Assembly (NCBI GenBank): GCA_040389905.1
Contig: JAZJZK010000028.1
Location: 1 to 36,818 of the forward strand
Reading direction: 5' to 3'
From: Gemmatimonadota bacterium
GTDB taxonomy: Bacteria; Gemmatimonadota; Gemmatimonadetes; Gemmatimonadales; Gemmatimonadaceae
DNA length: 36,818 nucleotides
The translations under genes and the position numbers were made by a program. How positions within the stretch are numbered: the stretch's first letter is position 1; each line of letters starts with the position of its first letter. Of this stretch, positions 18,779-28,648 are shown piece after piece. The notes under the pieces were generated by a model. That model saw only the letters and a program-made list of their open reading frames with translations, was not told the origin of the DNA and searched no databases.

Positions 18779-20173
18779 ATGGCCAGCTACTTCAAACGCC
18801 TTGGGCGCCGCGCGTTACTGCGCTCCCGAGCGCGAATCGACCGGTTCAAGCTGGCCAGCCGGGAGCATGTGCGTGCTCGGCTCATGTCCGACTCGGTGAT
18901 CGCCGACGCGGTCGCGCGCCATGCCACTGAGGCGGGGACGCCGCAGCATGACGCCTGGCGCAAGGTCAACGGCTACATCCGTGAAATCGTCCCGTTCTTC
19001 AATGTGGTGGCCTACTACCAGATCGGGCATCGCGCCGCCGGGTGGCTTCTCAACCTCTTCTACAAGACGTCCGTCGATTTCGAGGACGCCCGGGCGCGCG
19101 AGCGCCTACCACGGGATGCGGTGCTCGTCTACGTGATGAATCACCGGTCCAACGCGGACTACATCCTCGTGAGCTATGCGCTGGCGGGTCAGGTCGCGAT
19201 TTCATACGCGGTCGGCGAGTGGGCGCGCGCGTTTCCGCTGGAAACGGTTTTCAAGGCCTTTGGCTCCTACTTCATCCGGCGCCGCTACCGGGAAGCCCTC
19301 TATCACACCGTACTGGAACGGTACGTCCAACTCATCACCCGCGAGGGAGTGACGCAGGGCATCTTCGTCGAGGGCGGGCTCACGCGCGACGGCCGGCTCC
19401 GCGCACCCAAGATCGGCCTGCTCGACTACGTGCTGGGCATCGGGCGCGATCCCGAGTTCGCGAAACGGCTTCACGTCGTTCCTGTGGCCGTCAACTACGA
19501 TCGTGTCCTCGAGGATCGCTCACTGCTGCGTGAGCTCGACCAGCAATCTGGCGGCCGGAGGCCATCCCGGTTTGTCCAGGCCTCGGAAGTCGGCCACTAC
19601 GTCGGCTGGAACGCCACTCGGCTGTTGGCCCGGCGCTTCAAGCGGTACGGGCGCGCGGCTGTGGTCGTCGGTGCTCCGGTTCCACTGGTCTCCTGGTTCG
19701 AGGCCAACGGCGACCTGTTCTCGCTGGAGAAGCCGGAGCGGCTCGCTCGCGTGCAGGCCCTGTGCGACCAATTACTCGAACGCGTTGGCCGACTCATTCC
19801 GGTGACCCCGGTACCACTGGTGTGCGCGGCCTTTCAGAGCTTCGAGTCGGAATTCGTTTCCCGCGAGGACTTGCTCGAGCGGATCACCGAAATGCGCAGC
19901 GCCCTTGGTGAGTTGAATGCGCGGGTACTCAGTGGCGACGACGGTGCTGCCGAGGTCTTTGCACGTGCGTGGCGCATGCTCAAAATGCGGCGCGTGGTCG
20001 CGGAAGAAGGCAGTGGCTTTCTCGTGCTGCCGCGCGGCCGTCCGCTCATCAGCTACTATGCGAACAGTGTGGCGCACCTGCTCGGACCATTCGTTACCGC
20101 TGTGCAAGCGCGTGATGCGCTTCCTGCAATGTCGGGCTTCAGGGACACCAATGCCTTCGAAGTCATCGGATGA
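18779..20173 (+). CDS. Glycerol-3-phosphate acyltransferase (PlsB/PlsC superfamily)
   Basis: Acyltransferase motifs NHRSNAD (HX4D), GSYFIRR, FVEGGLTRDG and VPVAVNYD. Start could be 18704 or 18779. Confidence 0.85.
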   Translation: MASYFKRLGRRALLRSRARIDRFKLASREHVRARLMSDSVIADAVARHATEAGTPQHDAWRKVNGYIREIVPFFNVVAYYQIGHRAAGWLLNLFYKTSVDFEDARARERLPRDAVLVYVMNHRSNADYILVSYALAGQVAISYAVGEWARAFPLETVFKAFGSYFIRRRYREALYHTVLERYVQLITREGVTQGIFVEGGLTRDGRLRAPKIGLLDYVLGIGRDPEFAKRLHVVPVAVNYDRVLEDRSLLRELDQQSGGRRPSRFVQASEVGHYVGWNATRLLARRFKRYGRAAVVVGAPVPLVSWFEANGDLFSLEKPERLARVQALCDQLLERVGRLIPVTPVPLVCAAFQSFESEFVSREDLLERITEMRSALGELNARVLSGDDGAAEVFARAWRMLKMRRVVAEEGSGFLVLPRGRPLISYYANSVAHLLGPFVTAVQARDALPAMSGFRDTNAFEVIG

Positions 20174-20449
20174 CTTGCGGGGTTGCCGAGTCGTATTACG
20201 ACCAATAGGATAGTCGCCTTGCTTGCTAGCGCGCGCTCGCACCTTGTCGTACAATCTCACTCGGCGAGTCTGTTCTACGCATACGGATCACCTGTCCAAC
20301 ACGCACGCGCCGCGCGCGGCGCGATGACTGCACGAATGTTCGACAAGCCCACCTCTCGGGACTCGACCCTCGGTAACACCGGCCCAATTGTGCTCGAGCG
20401 GGGCCAGTAGCTCGACCAAAGTGTCCACCAAAACCCGGTACCCCTTACT

Positions 20450-23400
20450 ATGAAGAAACGAGTACTCACGGCGTTGATGGGGATATTCCTCGTCGCTGCG
20501 CACGCGTCCGCGCAGCAGCAGAAGACAGTGACCGGCCGGATCACCGACGAGCAGAACATCCCGCTCTCCGGTGTGTCAGTCGTCATCAAGGGAACGACGA
20601 CAGGCACGTTGAGCACCGGCGAAGGGAACTATTCCATCCGCGTCGCCGAGGGACAAACGCTCCGCTTCCAGTTCATCGGCACCACGCCGGCTGAGCGATT
20701 GGTGGGTTCGTCGAACGTCATCAACGTCCAGTTGCACCGGACAGCTATGACCCTCGATGCCGTCGTCGTGACGGCGTTGGGTCAAACGGCGCAGCAGCGT
20801 GCGCTGGGCACCGCGCAGCAAACGGTGCAGGGTACGGACATCGCCCAGACGCAGCGTGAGAATTTCATCAACGCGCTCCAGGGACGTGTCGCCGGTGTGA
20901 ACGTCGTCAGCTCCTCGGGTGTACCGGGCGCTTCCTCGATGATCACGATTCGCGGCATCAGCTCGATCAGCAGCAACAACCAGCCGCTGATGATTATCGA
21001 TGGGTTGCCGATGGACAACAAGACGATGAACACGGGTGTGTTCGCGTCCGATGCGCCCGGTTCGGCGACGGCGTTCAGCAATCGCGGCGTCGACTTTACC
21101 AACCGAAGCGCCGATCTCAATCCTGATGACATCGAGTCGCTCACGGTCCTCAAGGGCCCGGAAGCCTCGGCGCTCTATGGCATCGACGCGGCGAATGGCG
21201 CGATCGTGATCACGACGAAGCGCGGCAAGTCGGGAACGGGCGGCCTGACGTACAGCAACAGCTTCCGCGTGGAGAACACGCGTGGGCGCCCTGAAATCCA
21301 GCGGGTGTACGGCCCGACGAGCGTGAACACCAACGGTACCATCAACAGCTTCCAGTACCTGGGTCTTCCCTATGCGGCCGGCACGACGTTTTACGACAAC
21401 ATCGATGGCTTCTTCCAGACGGGCTTCAAGCAGCAGCACAACATGGCGTTCAGCGGCGCCTCGGCCGACAACAAGGCGACGTACCGGGTGTCCGGCGCGT
21501 TGCTCAAGCAGACCGGCGTCGTTCCGAACTCCCAGTATGACAAGATCAACCTGAGCGGCTTCTCCGGCGGTCAGGTGACGAAGTGGGTGAAGGCCGACCT
21601 CTCGATGCAGTACACGTATGCGAACAACGACCAGCAGCTCAAGGGCGAAGGCAGTGCGCTCATGGGGCTGATGTTGTGGCCGCAGACGGACAACGCGTCG
21701 GACTGGATCTCCCCAGCCGGTTCGCGCCGCCGCATCACTACCGCCGCGGCCACGGGCGAAATCGACAATCCGTATTTCAGCGTTCGCAAGAACTCCAACA
21801 ACACCAAGAACAATCGCCTGGTCACGAATCTCGGCCTCGTGCTGACGCCGTTCTCGTGGGGCCTGCTGCGGACGAACATCGGTGCGGACACGTACACAAA
21901 TCAGGCACAGGTCCTCCGTCATCCAGAAAGTGCGCTCGGCTTCACGTACGGCGGCATTCTCGATGAGCTGAACGACGTGACGCGCAACCTCAACGCGCAG
22001 ACCGTCCTCAGTCTCAACAGCCACGCGCTCACGAACACCATTTCGTTCAACGCGTTCGTCGGGAACGGCATTCAGGACAACAAGTCGACGGTCGACGCGC
22101 TCGCCGGCCGAGATTTCCTCGATCCGAATTTCGTTTCCATCAACAACACGAACACGAGATCGTCGCTCACGACGATCAGCCAGCGCCGGCTGGTCAGCGC
22201 CTTCGGGCAGGCGGTGTTCGACTACAAGCGTTACCTGTACCTGACGCTGACGGGTCGCAATGACTGGACGTCGACGATTCCGGTGCCGCGTAATTCGTTC
22301 TTCTATCCCTCCGTCTCGAGCAGCTTCATCTTCTCCGACGCATTTCCCTCGCTCGGCAAGCACATGACGGGAAAGCTGCGGGCCGCGTACGCGGAAGTGG
22401 GTAAGGACGCCAGGCCCTACGCCTATCGCCCGTCGCTCGAGAACAAGACGACGTCGTACGGTGGTTACGGCTTCGGCTTCACGGGGCCGAACCCCAATCT
22501 GAAGCCCGAATTCGTCCGGTCGTATGAGTTGGGAACGGAACTGAGCTTCCTCGACGATCGTCTTGGCCTGGACGTGACGGTCTATCGCAAGCAGACCAAG
22601 GACCAGATCGTCAACGACATTCGTAACAGCTACGCAACCGGCTTCATCCTGCTCAACCTGAACGGCGCAGAAACGCGGAATCAGGGACTCGAGATCACCC
22701 TGCGTGGCACGCCCGTGCAGACGGGCAACCTCACTTGGGACTTCAACGTGAACTACGAGAGCGCGAGAGGAAAGGTGCTCGCGCTGCCGAACGGGTTGCC
22801 GGAAGCGTACGTATCCGACACGTGGTTGTTCGGCAACGTGCGCAATGGAACCTCACCGGGCATGTCGACGCAGTCGCTCACCGGGTTGTTCTACCTGCGC
22901 ACGGGCGTCGACCGCTTGGTGGGCTGTGCATGCGGGGCACGGGACGGCAAGATCCTCATCGATCCGACGTCGGGACTTCCGCTGCGGTCCAGCCTCTTCA
23001 TCGACGGCGGGTACGATCGCCAGCCGGATTTCACCGTCGGCTTCAACAACACGTTCAAGTACAAGAGCGTATCGCTGAACTTCCTGCTCGACTTCCGGAA
23101 GGGAGGGGATGTCTTCAACGCGACGGAGCAGTACCTGACGGCGCGCGGACTCAGCATGCGGACGCTCGATCGTGAGCGGCCACGCGTCATCGAGGGGATT
23201 ATCCGCGATGGCAAGGAGAACACCGCGAATCCGACGCCGAACAACATCGTCGTCGTGCCGGCGGTGCAGCTCGGCTACTACACCGCAGCGAATTCCGGTG
23301 TCAGCGACGAGCTCTTCATCGAGAAGGACATCAATTGGATGCGCATGCGCGACCTCACGCTCAACGTCCAGGTTCCGGAGCGGCTCGTTCGCGCGCAAAA

Positions 23401-23575
23401 CGCCAGCATCTTCATCACGGCGACGGACCTGTTCCTGATCACGAATTACTCGGGGCTCGATCCAATCGTCAACGGCAATACCGCGGCGGTTGGTGGCTCA
23501 GGCGCTGCCGGTATCGACTACGGCAACTTCCCGATTCCGCGCGGCATCAACTTCGGCCTCCGGCTGGGATTCTAA
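20450..23575 (+). CDS. SusC/RagA family TonB-linked outer membrane transporter
   Basis: Signal peptide, CarboxypepD_reg-like N-domain, plug motifs LQGRVAGV and DIESLTVLKGPEASALYGIDAANGAIVITTK, C-terminal Phe. Confidence 0.96.
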   Translation: MKKRVLTALMGIFLVAAHASAQQQKTVTGRITDEQNIPLSGVSVVIKGTTTGTLSTGEGNYSIRVAEGQTLRFQFIGTTPAERLVGSSNVINVQLHRTAMTLDAVVVTALGQTAQQRALGTAQQTVQGTDIAQTQRENFINALQGRVAGVNVVSSSGVPGASSMITIRGISSISSNNQPLMIIDGLPMDNKTMNTGVFASDAPGSATAFSNRGVDFTNRSADLNPDDIESLTVLKGPEASALYGIDAANGAIVITTKRGKSGTGGLTYSNSFRVENTRGRPEIQRVYGPTSVNTNGTINSFQYLGLPYAAGTTFYDNIDGFFQTGFKQQHNMAFSGASADNKATYRVSGALLKQTGVVPNSQYDKINLSGFSGGQVTKWVKADLSMQYTYANNDQQLKGEGSALMGLMLWPQTDNASDWISPAGSRRRITTAAATGEIDNPYFSVRKNSNNTKNNRLVTNLGLVLTPFSWGLLRTNIGADTYTNQAQVLRHPESALGFTYGGILDELNDVTRNLNAQTVLSLNSHALTNTISFNAFVGNGIQDNKSTVDALAGRDFLDPNFVSINNTNTRSSLTTISQRRLVSAFGQAVFDYKRYLYLTLTGRNDWTSTIPVPRNSFFYPSVSSSFIFSDAFPSLGKHMTGKLRAAYAEVGKDARPYAYRPSLENKTTSYGGYGFGFTGPNPNLKPEFVRSYELGTELSFLDDRLGLDVTVYRKQTKDQIVNDIRNSYATGFILLNLNGAETRNQGLEITLRGTPVQTGNLTWDFNVNYESARGKVLALPNGLPEAYVSDTWLFGNVRNGTSPGMSTQSLTGLFYLRTGVDRLVGCACGARDGKILIDPTSGLPLRSSLFIDGGYDRQPDFTVGFNNTFKYKSVSLNFLLDFRKGGDVFNATEQYLTARGLSMRTLDRERPRVIEGIIRDGKENTANPTPNNIVVVPAVQLGYYTAANSGVSDELFIEKDINWMRMRDLTLNVQVPERLVRAQNASIFITATDLFLITNYSGLDPIVNGNTAAVGGSGAAGIDYGNFPIPRGINFGLRLGF

Positions 23576-23654
23576 GATGACATGGCGACTCGATCTTCCG
23601 GTGGCGCTGCGCCGCCGTGACGCCATCCCATCCACATCGTTCACCAAGAAGGCG

Positions 23655-25235
23655 ATGAAACTTCGACGCATTGCATTGATCGCGGGCTTCCTGACCCTGA
23701 GCAACGGGTGTCAGGACTTCCTCGACGTGAACACAAATCCGAACGCTCCGCAGATCGTATCGCCGAATCTCTACCTGCCGGCGATGATCCACTGGATGGT
23801 GACGGCGCCGCAATACGATGCGCGCTTCATCGGTCGGTACGCGCAGGAATGGTCCCTGTCATTCGCGCAGACCAGCTTGTCCACATGGGATCGCATGGGG
23901 TACGACCCCGCAAGTGACAACGGCGCGGAAACGTGGCGCGATGTCTACTGGTCACTGGGCCAGAACCTCGTGGACATGATCGACAAGGCCACTGTAGAGG
24001 AGCGCTGGGATCTCGTCGGCGTCGGACAGGTTCTCAAGGCGTGGGGTTGGCAGACGCTCACCGATATGCACGGCGAGCTCATCATCAAGCAGGCAGTCGA
24101 CCAGACGAGATTCACCTTCGATTACGACACCCAGGAGTTCGCGTACCAGGAAGTTCAGCGTCTGCTCAACGAGGCGATCAAGAACTTGGCACGCACGGAT
24201 GGCGCCGTTGACGCGACGTACCTGGCCAGGGGCGACAAGATGTATGCCGGCGATCGAGCGAAGTGGACCAAGCTCGCGTACGCCCTGCTCGCGGCGAACC
24301 TCAATCACTACTCCAACAAGGCGGCGTACAAGCCGACCGACGTAATCGCCGCAGTGGATAAGTCGTTCGCGAGCAATGCGGACGACGCGTTGTTCACGTA
24401 TCCCGGTCTCGATCCAGGGTTCGCCGATTTGAACTTCCTCGGACCCCGCCGCGGCAATTTCAATTCCTACCGGCAGACAAACTTCGTGCTCGGCCTGATG
24501 AACGGCACTGAGTTCGGAGGCACAGTCGATCCACGCATGAGCCGCATGCTGGCGCCGTCTCCAGACGGCCAGTATCGCGCGGTGGACCCGAAGGTGGTCG
24601 GTACGGGAGCACTGACCACGACTCAGATCCCGAACAATCTCTTTGGCTATGCTGGTACGGCGGGCGCAGGGTTGCCGGGCCGCTACCTCTTCGCCGACAA
24701 AGCGAAGGTTCCGGTCATGACCTATTCGCAACTCCAGTTCATCAAGGCGGAGGCCGCATACCGGTCCGGCGATAAGCCGACGGCGCTGACGGCATACCGC
24801 AATGGCGTCAGTGCGCACATCGACTTCGTGAATGCACGCAACCTTGACGAAGGTCAGACGCCGACGCAGATCACCGCGGCAGAAAAGGCGGCGTTCCTCG
24901 CCGACCCGAACATCGTGCCGGCCTCGGCAACCGCGCTGACGCTGACGCAGATCATGTCCCAGAAATACATCGCCCAATGGGGTTGGGGGCACTCTGAGCT
25001 GTGGATGGACCTCCGGCGGTATCACTACACGGATATCGATCCGGCCAGCGGCAAGCAGGTCTTTCCGGGCTGGACGCCGCCCACGACTCTCTACCCTGAC
25101 AACAACGCCAAGGTCGGCCAGCGCCTGCGGCCGCGGTACAACTCGGAGTACGTGTGGAACAGGGCTGGCCTCGATGTCATTGGCGGGCTCGCGCTGGACT
25201 ACCACACGAAGCCGCTCTGGATCACCCTTCCGTGA
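23655..25235 (+). CDS. SusD/RagB family nutrient-binding lipoprotein
   Basis: Lipoprotein start ...GCQDFLDVNTNPN, LTDMHG, FIKAEAA, QKYIA and ELWMDLRRY; directly after susC. Start placed at MKLRR. Confidence 0.94.
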   Translation: MKLRRIALIAGFLTLSNGCQDFLDVNTNPNAPQIVSPNLYLPAMIHWMVTAPQYDARFIGRYAQEWSLSFAQTSLSTWDRMGYDPASDNGAETWRDVYWSLGQNLVDMIDKATVEERWDLVGVGQVLKAWGWQTLTDMHGELIIKQAVDQTRFTFDYDTQEFAYQEVQRLLNEAIKNLARTDGAVDATYLARGDKMYAGDRAKWTKLAYALLAANLNHYSNKAAYKPTDVIAAVDKSFASNADDALFTYPGLDPGFADLNFLGPRRGNFNSYRQTNFVLGLMNGTEFGGTVDPRMSRMLAPSPDGQYRAVDPKVVGTGALTTTQIPNNLFGYAGTAGAGLPGRYLFADKAKVPVMTYSQLQFIKAEAAYRSGDKPTALTAYRNGVSAHIDFVNARNLDEGQTPTQITAAEKAAFLADPNIVPASATALTLTQIMSQKYIAQWGWGHSELWMDLRRYHYTDIDPASGKQVFPGWTPPTTLYPDNNAKVGQRLRPRYNSEYVWNRAGLDVIGGLALDYHTKPLWITLP

Positions 25236-25243
25236 TTGGGATA

Positions 25244-26008
25244 ATGAAGACTTTCAGATATGTAGCGATGCTGTCGTGCGCCATGGCGCTGTCGGCATGC
25301 GACAAGAACGCCGTGCAGGACATCACCTCGTCCCCCCCTGGGGCGAGCATCAAATTCTTCAACTTCGGCCTTGGGTCGCCCGGCGTGAACTTCTACGCCG
25401 GCACGACCAAGCTGACGGCCATCAGCTCGACAACGGGTGTCGAGGCCGTCACGGGGGTTGCGTACACGGCCGCCGGTAATGGTGGATTCTATTCGGGCGT
25501 CGCGCCAGGGACGTACGAGCTTTCCGGCAAGATTGCGACGGCGACCGACAAGGATCTAGCCATTTCCAAGGTTTCGACGACGTTGGCCGACGGGAAGTAT
25601 TACTCGTACTACCAGAGCGGCGTCTACAGCACGGCGACCAAGTCCGTCGACGCTTTCGTCGTCGAGGATCCGTTCGTCTCGAAGATCGACTACACGGTCG
25701 CCTACGTCAGGTTCGTGAACGCAATCTCGAACTCGGCGCCGATGACGCTGTATGTCAAGAACACGACGACAGCCACCGAGCTACCCGTGGGTGCAGCAGT
25801 CACCTACAAGTCGGCGGGCGCGTTCACCGCAATACCGAGCGGCGTCTATGACCTTGGCGCTCGTCTGACGGGTGTGGCCACGAATGCGATCAGTCGAACG
25901 GCCGTCTCGTTCGTTGCAGGAAGGGTATACACGATCAGCTCGCGCGGCGACATCACGGTCACGACAGGTACGAACGTTCCGTTCCTGGATAACACAGCGA
26001 ACAGATAA
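25244..26008 (+). CDS. DUF4397-domain lipoprotein
   Basis: Lipobox LSAC and two beta-rich repeats (IKFFN..GSPGVNFY; VRFVNAISNS), typical of the third gene after susCD. Confidence 0.8.
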   Translation: MKTFRYVAMLSCAMALSACDKNAVQDITSSPPGASIKFFNFGLGSPGVNFYAGTTKLTAISSTTGVEAVTGVAYTAAGNGGFYSGVAPGTYELSGKIATATDKDLAISKVSTTLADGKYYSYYQSGVYSTATKSVDAFVVEDPFVSKIDYTVAYVRFVNAISNSAPMTLYVKNTTTATELPVGAAVTYKSAGAFTAIPSGVYDLGARLTGVATNAISRTAVSFVAGRVYTISSRGDITVTTGTNVPFLDNTANR

Positions 26009-26015
26009 GCCCGCG

Positions 26016-26230
26016 GCGCTTGACGGCACACTCGCGTACGCTCGTTTGACGGCACGCTCGCTGGATGCTCGCTTGACAGCCCGCTCGCTCACGCTCGCTT
26101 GACGGCAACCGCCGTACGCGAGCAGGGTAGGCGGGCTGTTTCGCTGTCCAGCAGCCGCGCAGCGGCCTGCGGGCCGTCGAGGGAGCGGAGCGACCGGGCA
26201 GTCAAAAGAGCGCCAGCGACTGGGCCGTCC
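26016..26230. repeat. Four direct plus three inverted copies of a ~26-nt unit forming a large imperfect palindrome
   Basis: Unit ~gctcgcTTGACggcacgctcgc with TTGAC at 26020, 26046, 26073 and 26099. Reverse-complement copies centred on gccgtc/gcagtc at 26173, 26198 and 26224. Confidence 0.85.
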
Positions 26231-26243
26231 GCATGCACGCGCC

Positions 26244-26273
26244 TTGACCCGAGTACTGGTGCCCGGGTAAGTT
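26244..26273 (+). promoter_or_regulatory. Putative sigma70 promoter of rpsL
   Basis: TTGACC-N18-TAAGTT about 70 nt upstream of the rpsL ATG. Confidence 0.5.
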
Positions 26274-26345
26274 ACGGGTCTGTTCCGTGCCGCCTCGTTC
26301 GGAGGCGATCCACGTATGAAGCAGATCGACGAACACTCAGGTTGA

Positions 26346-26747
26346 ATGCCGACGATTAACCAGTTGGTCCGGCAGTCTCGCCGCGACCTCGCCAAGAAGG
26401 AAAAGGCGCCGGCGCTGAAGGCGAATCCGCAGAAGCGGGGCGTCTGCACGCGCGTCTACACCACCACCCCGAAGAAGCCGAATTCCGCCCTCCGCAAGGT
26501 TGCGCGTGTTCGCCTCACCAACGGCTTCGAAGTCACCGCCTACATCCCGGGCGAGGGCCACAACCTTCAGGAACACTCCATCGTGCTCATCCGCGGCGGT
26601 CGTGTGAAGGATCTTCCGGGCGTACGCTACCACATCGTTCGCGGAACGCTCGACGCCTCTGGCGTGAACGGCCGCAATCAGAGCCGTTCCAAGTATGGCA
26701 CCAAGAAGCCCAAGGCCGGTGCCGCCGCAAAGGGAGCCAAGAAATGA
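26346..26747 (+). CDS. rpsL: 30S ribosomal protein S12
   Basis: [41 protein letters not shown]. Confidence 0.99.
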   Translation: MPTINQLVRQSRRDLAKKEKAPALKANPQKRGVCTRVYTTTPKKPNSALRKVARVRLTNGFEVTAYIPGEGHNLQEHSIVLIRGGRVKDLPGVRYHIVRGTLDASGVNGRNQSRSKYGTKKPKAGAAAKGAKK

Positions 26748-27214
26748 GCCGCCGCAAGAGTGCTGTGAAGCGCACCATCCTGCCGGATGCGCGCTACGAC
26801 AGCCAGACTGTTTCCAAGTTCATCAACGTCCTGATGTATCAGGGCAAGAAGAGCACGGCCGAGCGGATCTTCTACGCTGCCATGGACCTCGTGGAAACGC
26901 GTACGAGCCAGCCTGGCGTGAACATCTTCAAGCAGGCGCTCACGAACCTCAAGCCGGTCGTCGAGGTCAAGAGCCGCCGCGTTGGCGGCGCTACATATCA
27001 AGTGCCCGTCGAAGTGCGTCCGGAGCGCCGTACCGCGCTCGCCATGCGCTGGTTGATCAGCTACTCGCGTGACCGGAACGAGAAGTCGATGGCGGAGAAG
27101 CTGGCTGCCGAAGTCATTGCGGCGTCGAAGGGCGAGGGCAACGCGGTCAAGAAGAAAGAAGACACGCACCGTATGGCAGACGCGAACAAGGCGTTCGCGC
27201 ACTATCGCTGGTAG
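26744..27214 (+). CDS. rpsG: 30S ribosomal protein S7
   Basis: [37 protein letters not shown] overlap with rpsL. Confidence 0.99.
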   Translation: MSRRKSAVKRTILPDARYDSQTVSKFINVLMYQGKKSTAERIFYAAMDLVETRTSQPGVNIFKQALTNLKPVVEVKSRRVGGATYQVPVEVRPERRTALAMRWLISYSRDRNEKSMAEKLAAEVIAASKGEGNAVKKKEDTHRMADANKAFAHYRW

Positions 27215-27255
27215 TCAACCGCTGGTCGTCAACACCCGAAAGGCACCATACGAAG

Positions 27256-27294
27256 AATCCCGCGCGGCTCCGGCTGCGCGGGATTTCTTCTTTC
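27256..27294 (+). terminator. Intrinsic terminator after rpsG
   Basis: Stem aatcccgcgcggc/gctgcgcgggatt with tccg loop, followed by tcttctttc. Confidence 0.85.
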
Positions 27295-27348
27295 AGTGCC
27301 TGTCGCAGTCCCATCGTCCCGGCCATCCAAACATGCCGGAAACGGGAA

Positions 27349-27374
27349 GAGGGGGCTTCTTTCGAAGCCCCCTC
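27349..27374 (-). terminator. Hairpin terminator of the minus-strand PEP-CTERM gene
   Basis: Perfect 11-bp stem gagggggcttc/gaagccccctc about 25 nt past the stop; weak U-tract. Confidence 0.65.
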
Positions 27375-27398
27375 CCTGAACCCCCCTCCAGGATTCTA

Positions 27399-28316
27399 CT
27401 ACTTCTTGTTGCGGCGGCGCGCTGCGAACACGATTCCGGCGAGGCCCGTTCCCATCAGGACCAAGCTGGCGGGTTCCGGCGTCGGGTCTGGTGCGGGTGG
27501 CTCGTTGTAGACTTCAGCGAAGTTGACGCCACCCTGAATGCCGATGATCGAGGCATTCGTTGCTGCCGTACGCGTCTGCTTGTACGAGATGACCTGGCTC
27601 CAGATATCCATGGTCGTCGCGCTGCCGTTCGACGCAGTCGCATACGAGCAGGCGGTACCGGTCGAGCAGGGTGCCTGGCCATCATTGATGCCGAGGTTCG
27701 TCGCGAAGGCGTTGGAGACACCGCCTGCGCTCACGCTGTAGTAGCTGTTCTTACCCAGTACGTAGGTTGGTGCCGCGCCGCCGTAGCTCATCGTGCCCGT
27801 GGTCGTCGCGATGGACGCACCCGTGCTCAATGTGTCGGCCCGCGATGTCAGCGGCGACAGTCCAGAACGATTGATGCCGAACGTGGCGTTCTTGCTATCC
27901 CACGCGGCCGGATCGTTGTAGAAGATGTTGTACAGTGGCGACACGAAGACGAAGGCGATGTCCGCAGTGGATGAGGCCGTCGTTCCGATGTTCGAGCTCG
28001 TGGTGTAGGTCACGTTGCCGACGCCGGTGGCTTCCGTGTTGAAGTACAGCGCCGTGATCTGCGCCGTAACGGTCGACGCCGTAGGCGTTCCGGTATTCAC
28101 ACCGAAGAAGCCGACTTGCGTGGTGAGGACGGTCGTGAAGTTGCAGCCGAAGTCATACACCGTGTTGTTGATGCGGACAAACGCCTGATAGCCCGCCTGA
28201 ACGAACGGGTTGGCGGCCGATGCCGCAGCGGTGCAGACCTGTGCGGACGCTGCTTGCGGCGCTAGCAGCGCAACGCCGAGCCCGACGATCGAGGCGAATT
28301 TTCGTGACTTGGACAT
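27399..28316 (-). CDS. PEP-CTERM sorting-domain protein (Ser/Thr-rich)
   Basis: Signal peptide MSKSRKFASIVGLGVALLAPQAASA, Thr/Ser-rich body, C-terminal TPEPASLVLMGTGLAGIVFAARRRNKK. Confidence 0.92.
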   Translation of the reverse strand: MSKSRKFASIVGLGVALLAPQAASAQVCTAAASAANPFVQAGYQAFVRINNTVYDFGCNFTTVLTTQVGFFGVNTGTPTASTVTAQITALYFNTEATGVGNVTYTTSSNIGTTASSTADIAFVFVSPLYNIFYNDPAAWDSKNATFGINRSGLSPLTSRADTLSTGASIATTTGTMSYGGAAPTYVLGKNSYYSVSAGGVSNAFATNLGINDGQAPCSTGTACSYATASNGSATTMDIWSQVISYKQTRTAATNASIIGIQGGVNFAEVYNEPPAPDPTPEPASLVLMGTGLAGIVFAARRRNKK

Positions 28317-28364
28317 GTTTGGAATGGAAGAGAGGAGGGGGACTACGCCTTCGCCAATATGAAT

Positions 28365-28380
28365 AGCAAACGACGGGCCG
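28365..28380 (-). promoter_or_regulatory. Putative sigma54 (-24/-12) promoter
   Basis: Minus strand CGGCCCGTCGTTTGCT fits TGGCACG-N4-TTGCW with exact GG-N10-GC spacing, about 50 nt above the PEP-CTERM start. Confidence 0.7.
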
Positions 28381-28648
28381 TGAATCGTGCTGCTGAGCCA
28401 ACTACGTAACTGCTTATTTGACAACATATTACACGGAGGCGCCGCTGCCGTTACTAAACTCGCGCCGACAAACATGTTGCGTTGACGCATCAATCTGTCG
28501 TGCGTGCTCACACACCTGAAAACGAACTGAATGCCTATTCGACACGTCTTGCGCGCCAGCGGATATTATTGAATCATGATTCGCGGCCCCTGCCCAATGC
28601 TGTTCCCGCCTAATCTAGCCGTTCCATACCTCCAATTGCCAGATCCAA

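Noticed and set aside
20576..25205. Long antisense ORFs (20576-22363, 23952-25205; similarly 377-1447 and 34893-36332)
   Set aside because: Shadow frames opposite well-supported genes, expected from high-GC codon bias; no motifs.
26016..26110. CRISPR array
   Set aside because: Units abut with only a few variable bases, there are no unique 25-45 nt spacers, and no cas genes are present.
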